Translations under genes and position numbers: made by a program | Source: Acidimicrobiales bacterium | Lineage (GTDB): Bacteria > Actinomycetota > Acidimicrobiia > Acidimicrobiales > Bog-793 | Length of the DNA stretch: 64,000 nucleotides | Reading direction: 5' to 3' | NCBI GenBank assembly: GCA_035532075.1 | Contig: DATKRV010000028.1 | Location: 12,286-76,285 of the forward strand | The notes under the pieces: generated by a model | What the model saw: only the letters and a program-made list of their open reading frames with translations | Told to the model about the DNA's origin: nothing | The model's database searches: none | In this document: positions 50,204 through 62,747 of the stretch, piece by piece | Position numbering within the stretch: the first letter of the stretch is position 1 | How the letters are laid out: each line of letters starts with the position of its first letter

Positions 50204-50785
50204 TCACGCGATCGGTTCGATATTGAGGTCGCGGTATGTGAAGAGCGCGAAGTAGGGAACCGAGCGCTTTGCAAACTCTTCTGTCGCCCGATCGCCGCGA
50301 TCGAGAAGGGTGCAGGCCGCGATGACCTCTGCGCCAGTACGTTCCAGGACATCTATCGCCTCAAGAACAGAGCGCCCGGTTGAGACGGTGTCTTCGAAGG
50401 CCACAACACGAGTACCAGCGCCGACCTCTGCGCCTTCGATCCGGCGCTTGGATCCGTGGTCCTTCTCTGCTTTTCGAACCGAGAACCAGTTTGTCTTCGT
50501 GATGAGGGCGACGGCGTGGGCGACTGGATCTGCGCCCATTGTCATTCCACCGATCGCAGAGAAATCGATCGTTGCAATCTCGAGTGCCTTGATCACGCCG
50601 CGTGCTGCGAGCTCGAGGTCTTTACCGCGCGAGACGGCGCGACGCATGTCGACATAGTCATGGCTGAGTCCGCCGGAAGAGAGACGGAAGGGCTCGACCC
50701 TGTGGGAGTACCCGCGCTCTTCGATCACGTTGAGCAAATCGGTACGAAGCGGTTCGGTCAGTTCGATCTGGAGACGGCTGGTCAT
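50204..50785 (-). CDS. pyrE: Orotate phosphoribosyltransferase
   Basis: PRPP-binding motif VVAFEDTVSTGRS. The start is placed at ATG 50785 (MTSRLQ...). Confidence 0.85.
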   Translation of the reverse strand: MTSRLQIELTEPLRTDLLNVIEERGYSHRVEPFRLSSGGLSHDYVDMRRAVSRGKDLELAARGVIKALEIATIDFSAIGGMTMGADPVAHAVALITKTNWFSVRKAEKDHGSKRRIEGAEVGAGTRVVAFEDTVSTGRSVLEAIDVLERTGAEVIAACTLLDRGDRATEEFAKRSVPYFALFTYRDLNIEPIA

Positions 50786-51124
50786 ATGTGGCAACTGTAG
50801 GGCGCAACGCGAGGTGATGAAAGACCGACCGTAGTCTGATCCTCTGCAGACAGAGACCGAGCCGTTCGTTGGTAGCGGGCGTCGAACCGACAACTCTCAC
50901 CCGGCAACATGATGTCGAGCAAGGTGACGCCTTGCTCAAGAGTGGTCGCGATCTTGAATACCTTTCGAACCTCACTCGCAATCGAGACCGTAACTCTCTC
51001 GCGCTGGTGACTGAGGTTGGGCGCGAGAATATACGATCCATCGCTCTTGACAGCGAGGAACTCTGCCCATGTCGCACGGTTTTGTTGATCCGCCTTTCCC
51101 GTCTCTTGTACTCTTGCCCGAGCG

Positions 51125-52057
51125 ATGGGGGTGATTTCGACCTCATCGATGAATGCTCGGACGATGGAGAGCGCCCTGGAGCGTGATATTTGGGAGAGGT
51201 CCAGAGAGATTTCGAGCGAGCGTTACAGCGAAGCTCAACGTCTGGTCTCTCGTCGCTGGTCTTTCAAGTTCGGCGCTAGCGTTGCAATGATGGCAGCGAA
51301 CAGAGTTTCGAGGTACATCCAATCGCAGCTCGGTCTTGGGAGATCTGAGGCCGAAGTGCTCCATGGGGGATTGAGGACGCATCGTGATGTGCGGAATGGG
51401 TCGCTTCGCGCGGCGATCTTTGGCTTCAATGACGGTCTGGTCTCTAACGTCTCGCTCGTGCTCGGCACCCTTGGGGCGCATCCTGGAGGAGGGGTCATCC
51501 GCCTTGCCGGCCTTGCTGGCCTCTTTGGTGGTTCATTTTCAATGGCTGCAGGTGAGTACATCTCCATGAGTGGCCAGCGCGAGGTCTTCGAAAGAGAGCT
51601 CTCGATGGAGCGCGATGAGCTGAAGAATCAGCCAGAGGCTGAGTTTCTCGAACTTGAAGCGATTTATGTCGATCGGGGAATTTCGGCTGAAGTTGCACAC
51701 CAGCTGGTACACGAATTGATGGCGGACCCAAAGCTCGCTCTTGCCGCTCATGCTCGTGAGGAACTCGGTATCGACCCCGGATCGCTCGGTTCTCCGATTC
51801 AGGCGGCGGTGAGTTCGTTTCTCACCTTTGCCCTTGGGGCATTTATCCCGCTCATTCCCTTCCTCGGGGGTTCGGGATCGCTTGTCGTGGCGCTGGTGGC
51901 TATCGGACTTACCGCACTGGCTGCGATCACCGGCGGTGCTGGTCTTTCGTTTTTCACCCTGAGACCACCCGCTTTCTCCGCGCTGCGCTCATTGCTCATC
52001 TGTGGCGTCGCTGGCGGCGTGACCTTTGGGATCGGCGCTTTGATTGGAGGGGCGTGA
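51125..52057 (+). CDS. VIT1/CCC1-family iron/manganese transporter-like membrane protein
   Basis: LRAAIFGFNDGLVSN, a cytoplasmic helical insert (ELSMERDELKNQPEAEFLELEAIY) and C-terminal TM helices. The start is uncertain. Confidence 0.7.
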   Translation: MGVISTSSMNARTMESALERDIWERSREISSERYSEAQRLVSRRWSFKFGASVAMMAANRVSRYIQSQLGLGRSEAEVLHGGLRTHRDVRNGSLRAAIFGFNDGLVSNVSLVLGTLGAHPGGGVIRLAGLAGLFGGSFSMAAGEYISMSGQREVFERELSMERDELKNQPEAEFLELEAIYVDRGISAEVAHQLVHELMADPKLALAAHAREELGIDPGSLGSPIQAAVSSFLTFALGAFIPLIPFLGGSGSLVVALVAIGLTALAAITGGAGLSFFTLRPPAFSALRSLLICGVAGGVTFGIGALIGGA

Positions 52058-52569
52058 TCATGCACTCGACGCCCCCTTCTTCGGGCCGGATCATTCTCGT
52101 TCGTCACGCGGACGCAGGAGATCGCACCGTGTTCGAACGGCCGGATTACCTCCGACCGCTCACCGAGAAGGGTATACATCAGGCACGCGAGATCGCGGAA
52201 ATTCTCGGTACCTACGATCCGAGTCGGATCGTTTCAAGCAAGGCGGTGCGATGTCTCGCAACCGTCGCACCTCTTGCGGAACGACTTGCTCTTGAGATCG
52301 AACAGGTCGATGAATTATTTGAGGGAAGCGATCCGAGGGAGTCCTGGAGTGAGCTTCTTGATCTTGTTGCTGAAAGAGATGGCACGCTGGTTGCCTGTAG
52401 CCATGGGGATGTGATTCCGGGCATCATCGAGTTGTTGAGTGACTGTAGTGCTCCTCATAGCAAGTTCCCCAAGATCAAGAAGGGGTCAATGGTGGTGCTC
52501 GATCTCGGCGGAGCACCGGATCCCGAAATGCATTTCGTTCCTGCCCCTCGCAGAGGTGGACAGATTTGA
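52054..52569 (+). CDS. Histidine phosphatase superfamily protein (SixA-like)
   Basis: ILVRHADAG (RHG-type motif) and a later CSHGDVIP. Confidence 0.7.
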   Translation: MIMHSTPPSSGRIILVRHADAGDRTVFERPDYLRPLTEKGIHQAREIAEILGTYDPSRIVSSKAVRCLATVAPLAERLALEIEQVDELFEGSDPRESWSELLDLVAERDGTLVACSHGDVIPGIIELLSDCSAPHSKFPKIKKGSMVVLDLGGAPDPEMHFVPAPRRGGQI

Positions 52570-52598
52570 CGGGAGACGTCAGCCAAAAAGGAGCTCCG

Positions 52599-53288
52599 AT
52601 GAATGATCCCCCTTCCCATGGCCCGCTTGCGCTGATCGGCGGAGGAGAGTGGCTCGGCGATGACGCGATCGACCAGAGACTCGTTGCACTCGGCGGTGAT
52701 CAGGTGCTGGTGCTTCCGACGGCCGCTGCATACGAGAATCCGGCCGCGGCAGTAACGGTCGCCTCGAAGCGCTATGAACAGCTCGGCGCGACGGTGAAAG
52801 GTTGCATGGTCTTGAGTCGCCAGGATGCTGAGAATGCGATCTTTGCCGACGAAATCCGCGAGGCGAAGTTCATCTATCTTTCGGGCGGATCGCCGTTGCA
52901 CCTTCGGGTGACGCTAAAAGACTCTCTGGTCTTTGATGCACTCCGCGCCGCGTGGCATGCCGGCGCGCTGATTGCTGGTTCTTCGGCCGGGGCGATGGTG
53001 CTGACGGATCCGATGATCGATCCGCGTGGTGGCGCTTTCACCGTTGGCCTCGGTCTCGTCAGTGACGTCGCGGTGATCCCACACTACCGGGGTGAGCGGA
53101 ACGTTCAGCTTGAGCGAACGCTCTCGCTCGCGGAGGGTTCATGTGCCGTCATAGGTCTTGGTGAGGCGACCGGTGTCATCTTGTTGCCCGATGGGACTTG
53201 GGAGGTCTCTGGCTCTGGGACGGTGGATGTCTTTCTCGGCGGACACCGTACTGGACTTGAGGCACTCGCCGGGAAACGCCTCGCCTAG
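52599..53288 (+). CDS. Peptidase S51/cyanophycinase-like (type 1 glutamine amidotransferase-like) protein
   Basis: LALIGGGEW, FIYLSGGSP and GSSAGAMVL (nucleophile Ser). ATG 52599 follows AAGGAG. Confidence 0.65.
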   Translation: MNDPPSHGPLALIGGGEWLGDDAIDQRLVALGGDQVLVLPTAAAYENPAAAVTVASKRYEQLGATVKGCMVLSRQDAENAIFADEIREAKFIYLSGGSPLHLRVTLKDSLVFDALRAAWHAGALIAGSSAGAMVLTDPMIDPRGGAFTVGLGLVSDVAVIPHYRGERNVQLERTLSLAEGSCAVIGLGEATGVILLPDGTWEVSGSGTVDVFLGGHRTGLEALAGKRLA

Positions 53289-53316
53289 ACCGTTCAAGAT
53301 TCAGGACTCTTGGCCG

Positions 53317-53871
53317 TTATTCAGCCTCGGTGATCGAGACCGACAGCATCTTTACGGTCTCTGACGTTTTGCCCGACGAGCTTCCGACGGCCTCGAGCGC
53401 GGCAATCGTCTCGAGTCCTGCCACCGCCTTGCCAAACAGCGCATAGAGCGGCGGGAGTTGTGCGCCGGAGGAGCCGCAGATGATGAAGAACTGGCTGCCG
53501 TTGGTGTTTGGTCCGGCATTTGCCATGGCGAGCGATCCGATCTCGTAGCGCCCTGGCTTTGGTAGCTCGTCATCGAATCGATAACCGGGACCACCTGTGC
53601 CGGTTCCCGTCGGATCGCCTCCCTGGACGACAAAGCCAGGAATGATTCGGTGGAAAACGACATCGTCATAGTAGTGATAGCGCGAGAGGAAGACGAAGTT
53701 GTTCACCGTCTCGGGAGCCGAACTCGCGTCGAGTGCAAAGGTGACCGTTCCCTTGGTTGTTTCCATGACCGCGCTGTAGCGCTTTGTCGGATCGATGCAC
53801 ATCGGTGGCTTGCCGGGGAAGGTCTGCCTCTTTGCAGAGGATCCATCTGCTGCTGGGCATTCGATCGTCAT
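53317..53871 (-). CDS. ppiA: Cyclophilin-type peptidyl-prolyl isomerase (soluble)
   Basis: FHRIIPGFVVQGGDPTGTGTGGPGY and SLAMANAGPNTNGSQFFI. Confidence 0.85.
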   Translation of the reverse strand: MTIECPAADGSSAKRQTFPGKPPMCIDPTKRYSAVMETTKGTVTFALDASSAPETVNNFVFLSRYHYYDDVVFHRIIPGFVVQGGDPTGTGTGGPGYRFDDELPKPGRYEIGSLAMANAGPNTNGSQFFIICGSSGAQLPPLYALFGKAVAGLETIAALEAVGSSSGKTSETVKMLSVSITEAE

Positions 53872-53956
53872 ATCTTCTGTCTACTTTCACTAAGGGGTTC
53901 CGTAACAATTGGAGTGCGGATCCATGGTGCAAACAAAGGATTGCGCGCTTCGCGCG

Positions 53957-54838
53957 TCAACTTTGCACGATGGTCACGTTGACGATGTGGTGGGTAATGA
54001 CAGGAGGAACTCCGTTTGCGCTCGTAGTTGCGTTTCCATCGGCGTTGATCTTTTCGACCACGCTAAGGCCCGATGTTACGGTTCCAAGAATCGTATAGTT
54101 GGCCGGTAGCGGTGAACTCGTTCCGGCCATGATGAAGAATTGACTTCCGTTGGAACTCGTCGCACCAGAGTTCGCCATCGCGACGGTTCCAACTGGGTAG
54201 CAGCTGTTGGTCGATCGACACGCTCCGGTCGGGGTGTTGCCAGTCCAAGAGTAACCCGGTCCGCCCGTTCCCGTACCGGTCGGATCTCCGCCTTGATCCA
54301 TGAACCCCGGAATTACCCGATGAAAGATCGTTGAATCGTAGAAGTGGTAGCGCGCGAGAAAGACGAAGTTGTTCGTTGCAACGGGATTACCCGAAGCGAG
54401 GCTGATCACGAAGGTCCCGACATCCGTCTTCACCTCAGCTTTGTAGCTCGCTGCCGTGCTGATGCATGTCGGCGGAGCTTTTGTGAAGTTGATGTAACGC
54501 TTTGATGAACCAGTTGGCGGTGGACACACTGGCGCTACGGGAGAGCTCACGGTGGCGATCGTCGGTAATGTCGTCGCCGTCGATGGAGCCGTGGTCGTCA
54601 CGCCCGTTGAGTTGGTGGTACTCGTCGACGATGACGCAATCGATGTCGTACTGGACGCAGCGATGGGTTTTTTCGCAGGCTTGCCCGAGAGCAGCACGAC
54701 GAGCAAAACGACCACTCCAACGATGGCGAGTCCACTAAGGAGGCGACGCACCAACTTCATTCGACTTGCTCGGCGTTGCTCTTGGGCAACCTTGACCTGA
54801 CGCATTGCTCGCTGACGAGCTCGTTTTTCACTGGGCAC
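53957..54838 (-). CDS. ppiB: Cyclophilin-type peptidyl-prolyl isomerase with N-terminal TM anchor and Ser/Thr-rich linker
   Basis: Basic N-terminus, TM helix (LLSGLAIVGVVVLLVVLL), S/T-rich linker, then FHRVIPGFMDQGGDPTGTGTGGPGY. The start is placed at GTG 54838. Confidence 0.8.
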   Translation of the reverse strand: MPSEKRARQRAMRQVKVAQEQRRASRMKLVRRLLSGLAIVGVVVLLVVLLSGKPAKKPIAASSTTSIASSSTSTTNSTGVTTTAPSTATTLPTIATVSSPVAPVCPPPTGSSKRYINFTKAPPTCISTAASYKAEVKTDVGTFVISLASGNPVATNNFVFLARYHFYDSTIFHRVIPGFMDQGGDPTGTGTGGPGYSWTGNTPTGACRSTNSCYPVGTVAMANSGATSSNGSQFFIMAGTSSPLPANYTILGTVTSGLSVVEKINADGNATTSANGVPPVITHHIVNVTIVQS

Positions 54839-54964
54839 GAGAGAAAAAGCTAATGGCTCTTTGTCCCAGGTGTCGACCGCCCGGCAAATGGGGCCGGTAA
54901 GAGAGCGGGCGGTGATTGTCGCCGTGCCCCATTGCGAGTGCGATCGAGCACGTAGTCTGGGGAG

Positions 54965-55852
54965 ATGAGCGTGTTTCGCGACTTTTTCCCGAAGCGCCTT
55001 CGGGCGCCCCGACCAGCGCCGCCGCGGCACCCCCTCCTAGTCTCGACACCGGTGCGAGTGCACCATCACGGGAACGGGGTCACCGAACTCGTCCTCGCGG
55101 ACGGACCGCGCCGCAATGTCCTTGGCCGCTCCACGATCTCGGCGATCGAAGAGGCGGTCTCGTCGCCCCCGGAGGGAACCCGGGTGATCGTGATCTATTC
55201 AGAGGGACCCGACTTTTGTGCGGGCTATGACCTTCGCGAGGCGGCCGAGGGTGATGCGGAGTCGCTTATCGCCCATGAATCAAACTTTGCGCCGCTGCGC
55301 CGCTCGCAGGTTCCGATCATCGCAGCCTTGCAGGGCAACGTGATTGGCGGCGGACTTGAACTTGCGCTTGCCGCGGATGTGCGGATCGCCTCTCCGGAGA
55401 TGCAGATGTCGATCCCCGCGAACCGACTGGGCCTGGTCTATTCGCGCCCCGGTGTGCGACTCTTGGTCGATGAACTCGGTGAGTCGATGACGAGAGCGAT
55501 GTTGCTCGCTGGCAAGGTTCTCGACGCCCAAGAGGCCAAGAGCTCTGGACTGGTAGCCGAGATTTCAGAGCACGAGGAACTTGTCGCAGATGCGCTTGCG
55601 CTCGGCGTGACGATGGCCTCATGGTCTCCAGAGGCAACCGCGGGGAATCGGCGTGTGCTCGATGTGGTGGTGGGTCGCCTTGAAGACGATGCCGAAGCAC
55701 TTCGTCAGGCAAGCTTTCTTCCGGGCGGACGACTGCAGGGATCGATCTCGCGTTTTGCACAGATCCCTCGCACTCGGCGACAGAGGGCTGTCGCTCGCCT
55801 CACACGGCTCAGGCGCAGGTCCGAAAGAAAGGCCGCCACATCACCGCTTTGA
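54965..55852 (+). CDS. Enoyl-CoA hydratase/isomerase (crotonase) family protein
   Basis: FCAGYDL, ALQGNVIGGGLELALAADVRIA. The start is uncertain. Confidence 0.75.
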   Translation: MSVFRDFFPKRLRAPRPAPPRHPLLVSTPVRVHHHGNGVTELVLADGPRRNVLGRSTISAIEEAVSSPPEGTRVIVIYSEGPDFCAGYDLREAAEGDAESLIAHESNFAPLRRSQVPIIAALQGNVIGGGLELALAADVRIASPEMQMSIPANRLGLVYSRPGVRLLVDELGESMTRAMLLAGKVLDAQEAKSSGLVAEISEHEELVADALALGVTMASWSPEATAGNRRVLDVVVGRLEDDAEALRQASFLPGGRLQGSISRFAQIPRTRRQRAVARLTRLRRRSERKAATSPL

Positions 55853-55929
55853 CGTGTGAGCGCCTCTCGTGGAGCGGGTCGTCCGTCTGCTGGTGAACGT
55901 CTCGTCGTTGAACAACTAGTTTGTCTCAC

Positions 55930-57147
55930 GTGGTACTAGCCGTTCAAAAATTTGGTGGGAGTTCCGTCGCCGATGCGGATCGCATCCGCGCGGTGGCAGA
56001 CAGGATCGCCCGGACTCGTCGAGCCGGTGATGACGTCGTCGTCGTGGTCAGCGCGATGGGAAAGACCACCGACGGACTTCTCCGCCTCGCCGATGACGTC
56101 TCCTCTGTCCAACCGGGTCGCGAGATCGACATGTTGCTGACCTCGGGAGAGCGTATTTCGATGGCATTGGTATGCATGGCTCTTGCCGATCTCGGCATTG
56201 AAGCCGCCTCATATACGGGGAGCCAGGCGGGGATCGTCACCGATACCGCGCATACGAACGCGAAGATCCTTGAAATCCGTCCCGGTCGACTTCTCTCTGC
56301 ACTTGCGGAGGGGACGGTTCCCGTCGTCGCTGGCTTCCAGGGGGTGTCGACGGAAAATGACGTAACAACCCTTGGTCGTGGGGGGTCCGACACGACAGCC
56401 GTGGCACTCGCGGCTGCACTCGGCGCAGATCGATGCGAGATCTATACAGACGTCCCTGGTGTCTTTTCGAGTGATCCGCGCGTCGTGCCGAATGCCCGTC
56501 GCCTGCATTCACTCTCGTTCGAGGAGATGATGGAGATCTCCGCCACTGGTGGCAAGGTGCTCGCGTTGCGTTCGGTCGAGTTTGCACGCAATCACCATGT
56601 TCCGCTCTATGTCTGTTCAAGCTTTACCTGGGAGCCTGGCACCTGGGTTATCGAGGAGGATCCGTCCATGGAACAGCCAATAGTCTCAGCGGTGACCTGC
56701 ATCGTCTCCGAGGCAAAGGTCACCATTACCGGAGTTCCCGACCGTCCGGGGGTTGCAGCCTCGCTCTTTCGGGCGCTTGCGGATGAACGCGTCAATGTTG
56801 ACATGATCGTCCAGAACACCTCAACCGAGGGCATCACTGATATATCGTTCACCGTCCCCCAAGATGAGCTCTCAGTCTCGCGTGCTGCGGCCGATCGGCT
56901 TGCTCCGTCGATTGGTGCAACATCAGTTCTCGTTGATGAGAACATTGCCGAAGTTTCGATCATCGGAGGAGGGATGAAGACCCATCCCGGTGTGACGGCG
57001 CAGATGTTCGAGGCGCTGTACGCGGCGAATATCAATATCGAGATGATCTCGACATCTCCGATCAGGGTCTCGTGTGTGGTTCGTCAAGAGCAGGCGGATG
57101 AAGCGGTACGCGTGCTTCATGCAGCATTCGAACTGGAAAAGGGCTAG
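55930..57147 (+). CDS. ask: Aspartate kinase
   Basis: VQKFGGSSV and [11 protein letters not shown]-terminal kinase motifs plus two C-terminal ACT domains. The start is placed at GTG 55930. Confidence 0.9.
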   Translation: MVLAVQKFGGSSVADADRIRAVADRIARTRRAGDDVVVVVSAMGKTTDGLLRLADDVSSVQPGREIDMLLTSGERISMALVCMALADLGIEAASYTGSQAGIVTDTAHTNAKILEIRPGRLLSALAEGTVPVVAGFQGVSTENDVTTLGRGGSDTTAVALAAALGADRCEIYTDVPGVFSSDPRVVPNARRLHSLSFEEMMEISATGGKVLALRSVEFARNHHVPLYVCSSFTWEPGTWVIEEDPSMEQPIVSAVTCIVSEAKVTITGVPDRPGVAASLFRALADERVNVDMIVQNTSTEGITDISFTVPQDELSVSRAAADRLAPSIGATSVLVDENIAEVSIIGGGMKTHPGVTAQMFEALYAANINIEMISTSPIRVSCVVRQEQADEAVRVLHAAFELEKG

Positions 57148-57215
57148 CCAGGGATTTCGGAAGATGTCAGAGGTTGTCGGCGCCTGCGGCACCCTATTTG
57201 GAGATACGTAGCTGA

Positions 57216-58274
<1,059 letters not shown>

Positions 58275-58326
58275 GAACTGGATGCTCGACGTTGGCCAGA
58301 ATTGGATGAACCTTTAATCCACCCGA

Positions 58327-59775
<1,449 letters not shown>

Positions 59776-59828
59776 TTATTGCCGATGGATGCACGGCCGG
59801 GATCCTGGTCGTGCTATGACTCATCCCC

Positions 59829-60161
59829 ATGAACAGCTCCCGCGTCTTTGACGTTCGCACCTATAGCGCCGCGCCGGGCAAACTCGAGGAGCTCAAAGCG
59901 CGGTTTCGAATTCACACGTTGGGTTTTTTTAAACGCCATGGGATCAAAGTCGTCGGATTCTTCGAGCCGGTCGACGGGAGCGAGACTCTTTTGTACATCG
60001 TCGAGTTCGAAAGCAGCGAAGAGGCCGATCGCGCGTGGGAGCGTTTTGGTCGGGACCCTGAGTGGGCAAAGGCAAAGGCATCGACAGAGACCGATGGTCC
60101 GCTCGTAGTGCACATTGATGCGCAGCGCTTCAGGGCAACGGATTTTTCGCCGATGAGCTAG
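59829..60161 (+). CDS. NIPSNAP-family protein
   Basis: 110 aa; VFDVRTYSAAPGKLEELKARF...LLYIVEFES is typical of NIPSNAP. Confidence 0.65.
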   Translation: MNSSRVFDVRTYSAAPGKLEELKARFRIHTLGFFKRHGIKVVGFFEPVDGSETLLYIVEFESSEEADRAWERFGRDPEWAKAKASTETDGPLVVHIDAQRFRATDFSPMS

Positions 60162-60198
60162 CGGACGAACACATCTTTGAGTTGACGGGAGACTCTCT

Positions 60199-61062
60199 CT
60201 AGTCCTTCGTCTGGTTGCGCAGGTATCGCTCGAGTTCGTCCGCGATCTGGTCACCTGACGGGAGCGTGCGCTCGTCGATGTCAATCGGCGAGATCCGGTG
60301 GTAGCGCTCCTCGAGCTGGCGCACCATCTCGGTGTGCTCCTCGGACTGGGCGATCAGGCGGTCGACCTCCCGGTTTGTCGAGTCCGCCCCGTCTTTGAGC
60401 GCTGAGGTGTCGATCACCAGCCCCGAAACCGAACTCAATGCCTGCAACAGCGCGATCGAGGCCGCGGGGTAGGGAGTCGTGCTCACATAGTGTGGAACGC
60501 GCGCGATCAGACTGATTGAGGGAATTCCCGCGAGGTCTGCGACCGATCCGATGACGTCAATCATGCGAGCAGGTCGGTCGTGTGATCCCGCGCGATAGCC
60601 GACTTCGGCTGCGAGTTTCTGTGTCGACGCGGTTGCAGAGATTGGAATCGGCCGTGTGTGTGGTGTCGAAGCGGGAGCAGCTCCGAGCCCAACAATCAGC
60701 CGACAGCCAAGTTCAACCGCAAGTCCGGTCATCTCAGCAGAGAATGCCTTCCAGTGAAAGTCCGGTTCGGGGCCAACGAGAAAAGCCATTCCGTGTCCCC
60801 GTTCGTCGGATCCAACGCGAAGACGGGGACCTTGCCAGTAGACGCGGTTGCGTAGTCCATCGCGTGACATCACACGCGGTCGGCGCGCTCGAAGGTCAAT
60901 CAGGTCATCGGTGTCAAACACCGCGAAGGTATGGGTATCGAACTGCTCAAGTAGACAGGTGAGCGCCGCTGCGGCGGTGAATCCAGGATCTATCCAACCC
61001 TCGAGGGCGATGATGAGCACTGATTCGACCGGGATCCTCACCTGGCGTCGTTCGAAGCTCAT
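60199..61062 (-). CDS. PAC2-family (proteasome assembly chaperone-like) protein
   Basis: LIIALEGWIDPGF...FLVGPEPDFHW...HTRPI matches the PAC2 family pattern. Confidence 0.7.
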   Translation of the reverse strand: MSFERRQVRIPVESVLIIALEGWIDPGFTAAAALTCLLEQFDTHTFAVFDTDDLIDLRARRPRVMSRDGLRNRVYWQGPRLRVGSDERGHGMAFLVGPEPDFHWKAFSAEMTGLAVELGCRLIVGLGAAPASTPHTRPIPISATASTQKLAAEVGYRAGSHDRPARMIDVIGSVADLAGIPSISLIARVPHYVSTTPYPAASIALLQALSSVSGLVIDTSALKDGADSTNREVDRLIAQSEEHTEMVRQLEERYHRISPIDIDERTLPSGDQIADELERYLRNQTKD

Positions 61063-61151
61063 GCCAAGACGCTAATGGGTGATCGGTCGACTGTGTAGTT
61101 TGTGTGACAAAGGCGCTGCTATTGCAGGAGTTTCCCGTATCCACAGCCGCG

Positions 61152-62012
61152 TCAACCGAGCGAGGCGTTTGGCAGATACGGAACGACGAAGTCCCGGACA
61201 TTCTTCGTCAACATCGCACCGTGAACCTCGATTGTGGCTCGACTGCGCATCGCCGCGGTAATCGCCCACTGTTGTTCCTTGACGATCCAGGCTGCCTCAA
61301 GTGGCATGTTCCCAAGGGCACCACGCAGTGCGGTCGACAGGAGGCGATCTGCAATCTGGATTGATTGCGCACACAAAGAGATGAGCCGGTTGTCGTCAAA
61401 GAGAAGGTATCCGCCCTCGTCATCGATGAGAACGCGGGATTCGAATTGGAGCCAAAGTTCGAGGTCCTTTCTCCGGCTCACCCCTCTTTGCTTTTGGTCG
61501 ATAGCGTCAATCAAATCGAGGTCGCTACGGTTTCCAGTGCGAATCGAAGCAGGCAGATCGGAATCGCCGTTGTGACCCCAAAGTCGAACGCAGGGATTCA
61601 ATGTGAACCCTTCGCGGACATAGGTGTGTATTGCCCTTGGATCGAGCGAGGTGAAGATGTACTGCTCATCCGACTCGTCGGCGTACGCGAGTGCCAATGA
61701 AAGGAGTTCACGTCCGATCCCCTGTTCCTGGTGATCAGGAGCGATTCCGAGTCTTGAGAGGACGAAGATCCCTCCGCGACGAAGTGACTGGCAGATGCCG
61801 ATGATCTCTGTGTTATCGGTCGCGACAAATACACCCTTGGGGTCAGTCGAGACGAGGTGGTGGAACCGGGCAAGCGCTGCCTCCTCCTCTCGGTTCGAAC
61901 GGGATCGAGAGGGCTGGTCTCGGCTGATCATCTGCGGCATGATCGCCGCTTTCCACACCTCATTGACTCTGGTCACATCGTCGTGGGTCATGGCGCGATA
62001 GGAGATTGGCAT
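61152..62012 (-). CDS. GNAT-family N-acetyltransferase
   Basis: The acetyl-CoA binding motif QEQGIGRELL lies in the N-terminal half. The 286-aa length suggests a second, degenerate GNAT-like half. Confidence 0.65.
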   Translation of the reverse strand: MPISYRAMTHDDVTRVNEVWKAAIMPQMISRDQPSRSRSNREEEAALARFHHLVSTDPKGVFVATDNTEIIGICQSLRRGGIFVLSRLGIAPDHQEQGIGRELLSLALAYADESDEQYIFTSLDPRAIHTYVREGFTLNPCVRLWGHNGDSDLPASIRTGNRSDLDLIDAIDQKQRGVSRRKDLELWLQFESRVLIDDEGGYLLFDDNRLISLCAQSIQIADRLLSTALRGALGNMPLEAAWIVKEQQWAITAAMRSRATIEVHGAMLTKNVRDFVVPYLPNASLG

Positions 62013-62128
62013 GCCTCCATCTTTATCCGGCCAAGCACATGCAATCGCGAATGTCTAGATGCGGACGGTGGCCTGACGTCTCAAAGCACTCGCTTTCGGA
62101 GTTGTGCTGGTCACACTACGCTGCAGTC

Positions 62129-62686
62129 ATGGATGAGACCCCTCGACCTTCTGAGTCGCTGTCTTTAGAATCGCCTGCTGCGCGAGTCGAACACGAGATT
62201 GATCGCGTCTTTCACTATCACCCGAATGCCCATACGAAGGCGATGCGGGCAGGATCCATCTCCCCTGTCAAGGTTGCCGATCAGTATCCGAGTGGGACGA
62301 AGATGGCTAGGATCAATGCGCGCCTTGGTGTAAAGATCACCAACGCGGTTGGAACGATGGCCTGCGCGTACGTCTTTACGATCATCGCCCTGATATCGCT
62401 GCCGTCCGCGATCAAGAGCTCCAACGTGATCATCATCATCTCATGGATCGCCCAGACGTTTCTTCAGCTCGTGCTGTTATCGATCATCATGGTCGGTCAG
62501 AATGTGCAGGCACAGGCAGCAGACCAGCGCTCGGAGAATACCTACAAGGACGCGGAGGCTGTGCTGCACGAGGCACTGGAGATCCAGCACCATCTTGAGA
62601 GTCAGGACAGCCAGATCGCAGACCTGCTCGCAAAGATCGATTCGCTGGAGAAGAGACTCGCACCATCGAGTCAGACCGGCTCTTGA
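62129..62686 (+). CDS. Membrane protein with C-terminal coiled coil (architecture like DUF1003)
   Basis: Two TM helices (MACAYVFTIIALISL; IISWIAQTFLQLVLLSIIMVGQN) followed by a helical tail. The start is placed at ATG 62129. Confidence 0.5.
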   Translation: MDETPRPSESLSLESPAARVEHEIDRVFHYHPNAHTKAMRAGSISPVKVADQYPSGTKMARINARLGVKITNAVGTMACAYVFTIIALISLPSAIKSSNVIIIISWIAQTFLQLVLLSIIMVGQNVQAQAADQRSENTYKDAEAVLHEALEIQHHLESQDSQIADLLAKIDSLEKRLAPSSQTGS

Positions 62687-62747
62687 CTGAGCCGTTACAA
62701 TCGTTTTGGCAAAATAAGGGTGGAATACAACAGAGAGCGGAGACGTA

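Noticed and set aside
50871-50960. tRNA-like 3' end on the minus strand (GGTTCGACGCCCGCTACCA) in the pyrE/VIT intergenic region.
   Set aside because: No matching 5' acceptor strand, D arm or anticodon arm could be drawn, and the T stem does not pair.
50786-51124. Possible yybP-ykoY manganese riboswitch upstream of the VIT1-family transporter.
   Set aside because: The conserved GGGGAGUA element and the paired 3' element were not found on the plus strand. Only a generic 8-bp hairpin is present (50917-50937).
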